From: Tubiluchus corallicola
Lineage: Eukaryota; Animalia; Priapulida
Length of the DNA stretch: 64,000 bases
Direction: 5' to 3'
Assembly: GCA_030141605.1 (NCBI GenBank)
Contig: JAQGDQ010000463.1
Coordinates: 1 to 64,000, forward strand
In this document: positions 62,518 to 64,000 of the stretch, piece after piece
How positions within the stretch are numbered: position 1 is the stretch's first letter
Layout: the number at the start of each line of letters is the position of its first letter
Made by a program: the position numbers and the translations under genes
Notes under the pieces: model-generated
What the model saw: only the letters and a program-made list of their open reading frames with translations
The model's database searches: none
What the model was told of the DNA's origin: nothing

Positions 62518-62900
62518 TAAGCCTTTTCACAATTTTGTTGTGCGCAAGCGCAGTTGCTGCAGGTCAAAGGTTAAGTGTACCATAGCACATCTCAACTACA
62601 ACCGTCACGTCACGTGTGTAAAGCAAAGCTGTCTGTCGCATCAGTTCAGTAACCTCAGTTATTTTACGTGGACTTTACTTAATTATGCATTAGTCTGTGC
62701 GTAAAGTGATTTACTAGCAGGGTCTTACCTAGGAACAAGAAAAATAAACTAGGTAAGGTTTTAGATTGCTGTTAAAATGGTTAGTATTACAATAGCTTGG
62801 GCTGCGAGATATTTCAAGTGTACACAAATGCATTGTCTGATACACTTACCTTTGACCTTTTCACGATCATCAACAGTTGCTGGAACTGTGAAAAGGCCTA
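62518..62900. mobile_element. MITE (~380 bp) with TAG-type termini and internal inverted repeats
   Basis: taagccttttcacaatt versus the reverse complement of the right end taggccttttcacagtt (15/17). Inner IR aggtcaaaggttaagtgta (~62561) / tacacttacctttgacct (~62841). Confidence 0.75.
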
Positions 62901-64000
62901 TTAATGCCCAATAATACAATGTCCAAACAACATTTCAATTAAAATTACTTGCGACATCAAAAGACTTTTCCTTGTCTTGCTGTTAATCATTTTCATGCAT
63001 TTTGTAATTAACTTAGAGATTGGTACCTTCGGCAAAGTTTTCACGATTCCAAGAAAACAGTGCTACAAATGCTACTGCAATCTTCATTAGTAAATTAATC
63101 TTCATTCTGTTTCACATTTATTTTCCAAGAAGAGTTTAATTCCTATGTTCCATGTACACCTTTTTTATTTTGAAAATTTTGTAGACTTTCAAGATTCAAA
63201 AGTCCTCCAATATTCCTTACTATTTCAGCGAAAGTTCTGTTAATTTCAGTTTATTAATGAGTGGAATCAAGTTTTTCAAATTGATAGATCTATATACATT
63301 TCACCTAATCACAGCGCTATATTTGTAATTGCCTATTTATTTACAAGTATATGTTGTGCAAGTCTTGAAGTTGTGTCTTACTGTACAGACTTTTACTGTC
63401 CATTATTACTGCAAGTTTTAAGTAGGCCTATGCTCACATGTAACAATCTCACAGTTTTATTTAATTATAAGTTTAGATTATTTATTACAACAATCTAACA
63501 CTTTTAATCTAGTCATACCATATCACCACAAGCAGCCATAATTCTCGTAAACACCATGTTAGTGTAAGGCAGTTCTAGTTCTTATATCAAATGAGGCTAT
63601 ACAATAAATTATTGTTTAGTATGTGCATACATCATGACTAAGACTTATATGACATAACCAAGTTACAGGAGATGAACAGCAATAACACACACGTTTTCAA
63701 GTCATGTTAGATATTAGTGACATGGTAAATGACAGCTCACATGCATACATGTTTCAAATACAATTCCATCCAAGCCAACAAAACTATAAAATGATCGATG
63801 CTGTTCACAAAATGGCATCTATTGTCAATAAATGTTTTAAACTCAAAACAGAAAATAAAGTCCACAAAAATGCTTTACTGCCTCAAAGTTCTTTTCAGAT
63901 TAGAAGCTTCTGGTCTCTCGACCTTCATCAGCTAAAAGTTAGATTAACGCAGTATAAAACTGGCATAACAAAATATTAAAGTAACAAACTGCTACAATTT

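Noticed and set aside
57688-64000. Searched for the ftz-f1 zinc-finger (DBD) exons
   Set aside because: No CxxC/GFFKRTVQ/GMKLE-coding segment was found, so the region is treated as intron and those exons are presumed outside the window.

Overview
AT-rich animal (protostome invertebrate, probably panarthropod) nuclear DNA, not prokaryotic. It holds two host genes in convergent orientation. WDR48/UAF1 (+, 25962-27998, 678 aa) is complete and has no introns in its CDS. The 3' four coding exons of the nuclear receptor ftz-f1/NR5A lie on the minus strand (57687-57161, 45504-45246, 43070-42976, 34681-34526); its zinc-finger exons were not found and presumably lie beyond base 64000. The rest is repeat. 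A ~35-bp-monomer satellite with higher-order structure flips orientation at ~6950. There are decayed Gypsy, BEL/Pao-like, CR1/L2-type, RTE and Penelope retroelements, plus several TIR elements/MITEs, a Helitron, foldback-like elements and minisatellites. The most notable items are: (1) a LINE 5' half with hydrophobic ORFs, a 2A-like NPGP motif ahead of the APE endonuclease and an intact antisense orphan ORF; (2) a second 2A-like + PHD LINE remnant missed by the ORF track; (3) the intronless WDR48; (4) the satellite inversion. Everything was read by eye without searches. Repeat boundaries are approximate unless TIR/TSD coordinates are given.
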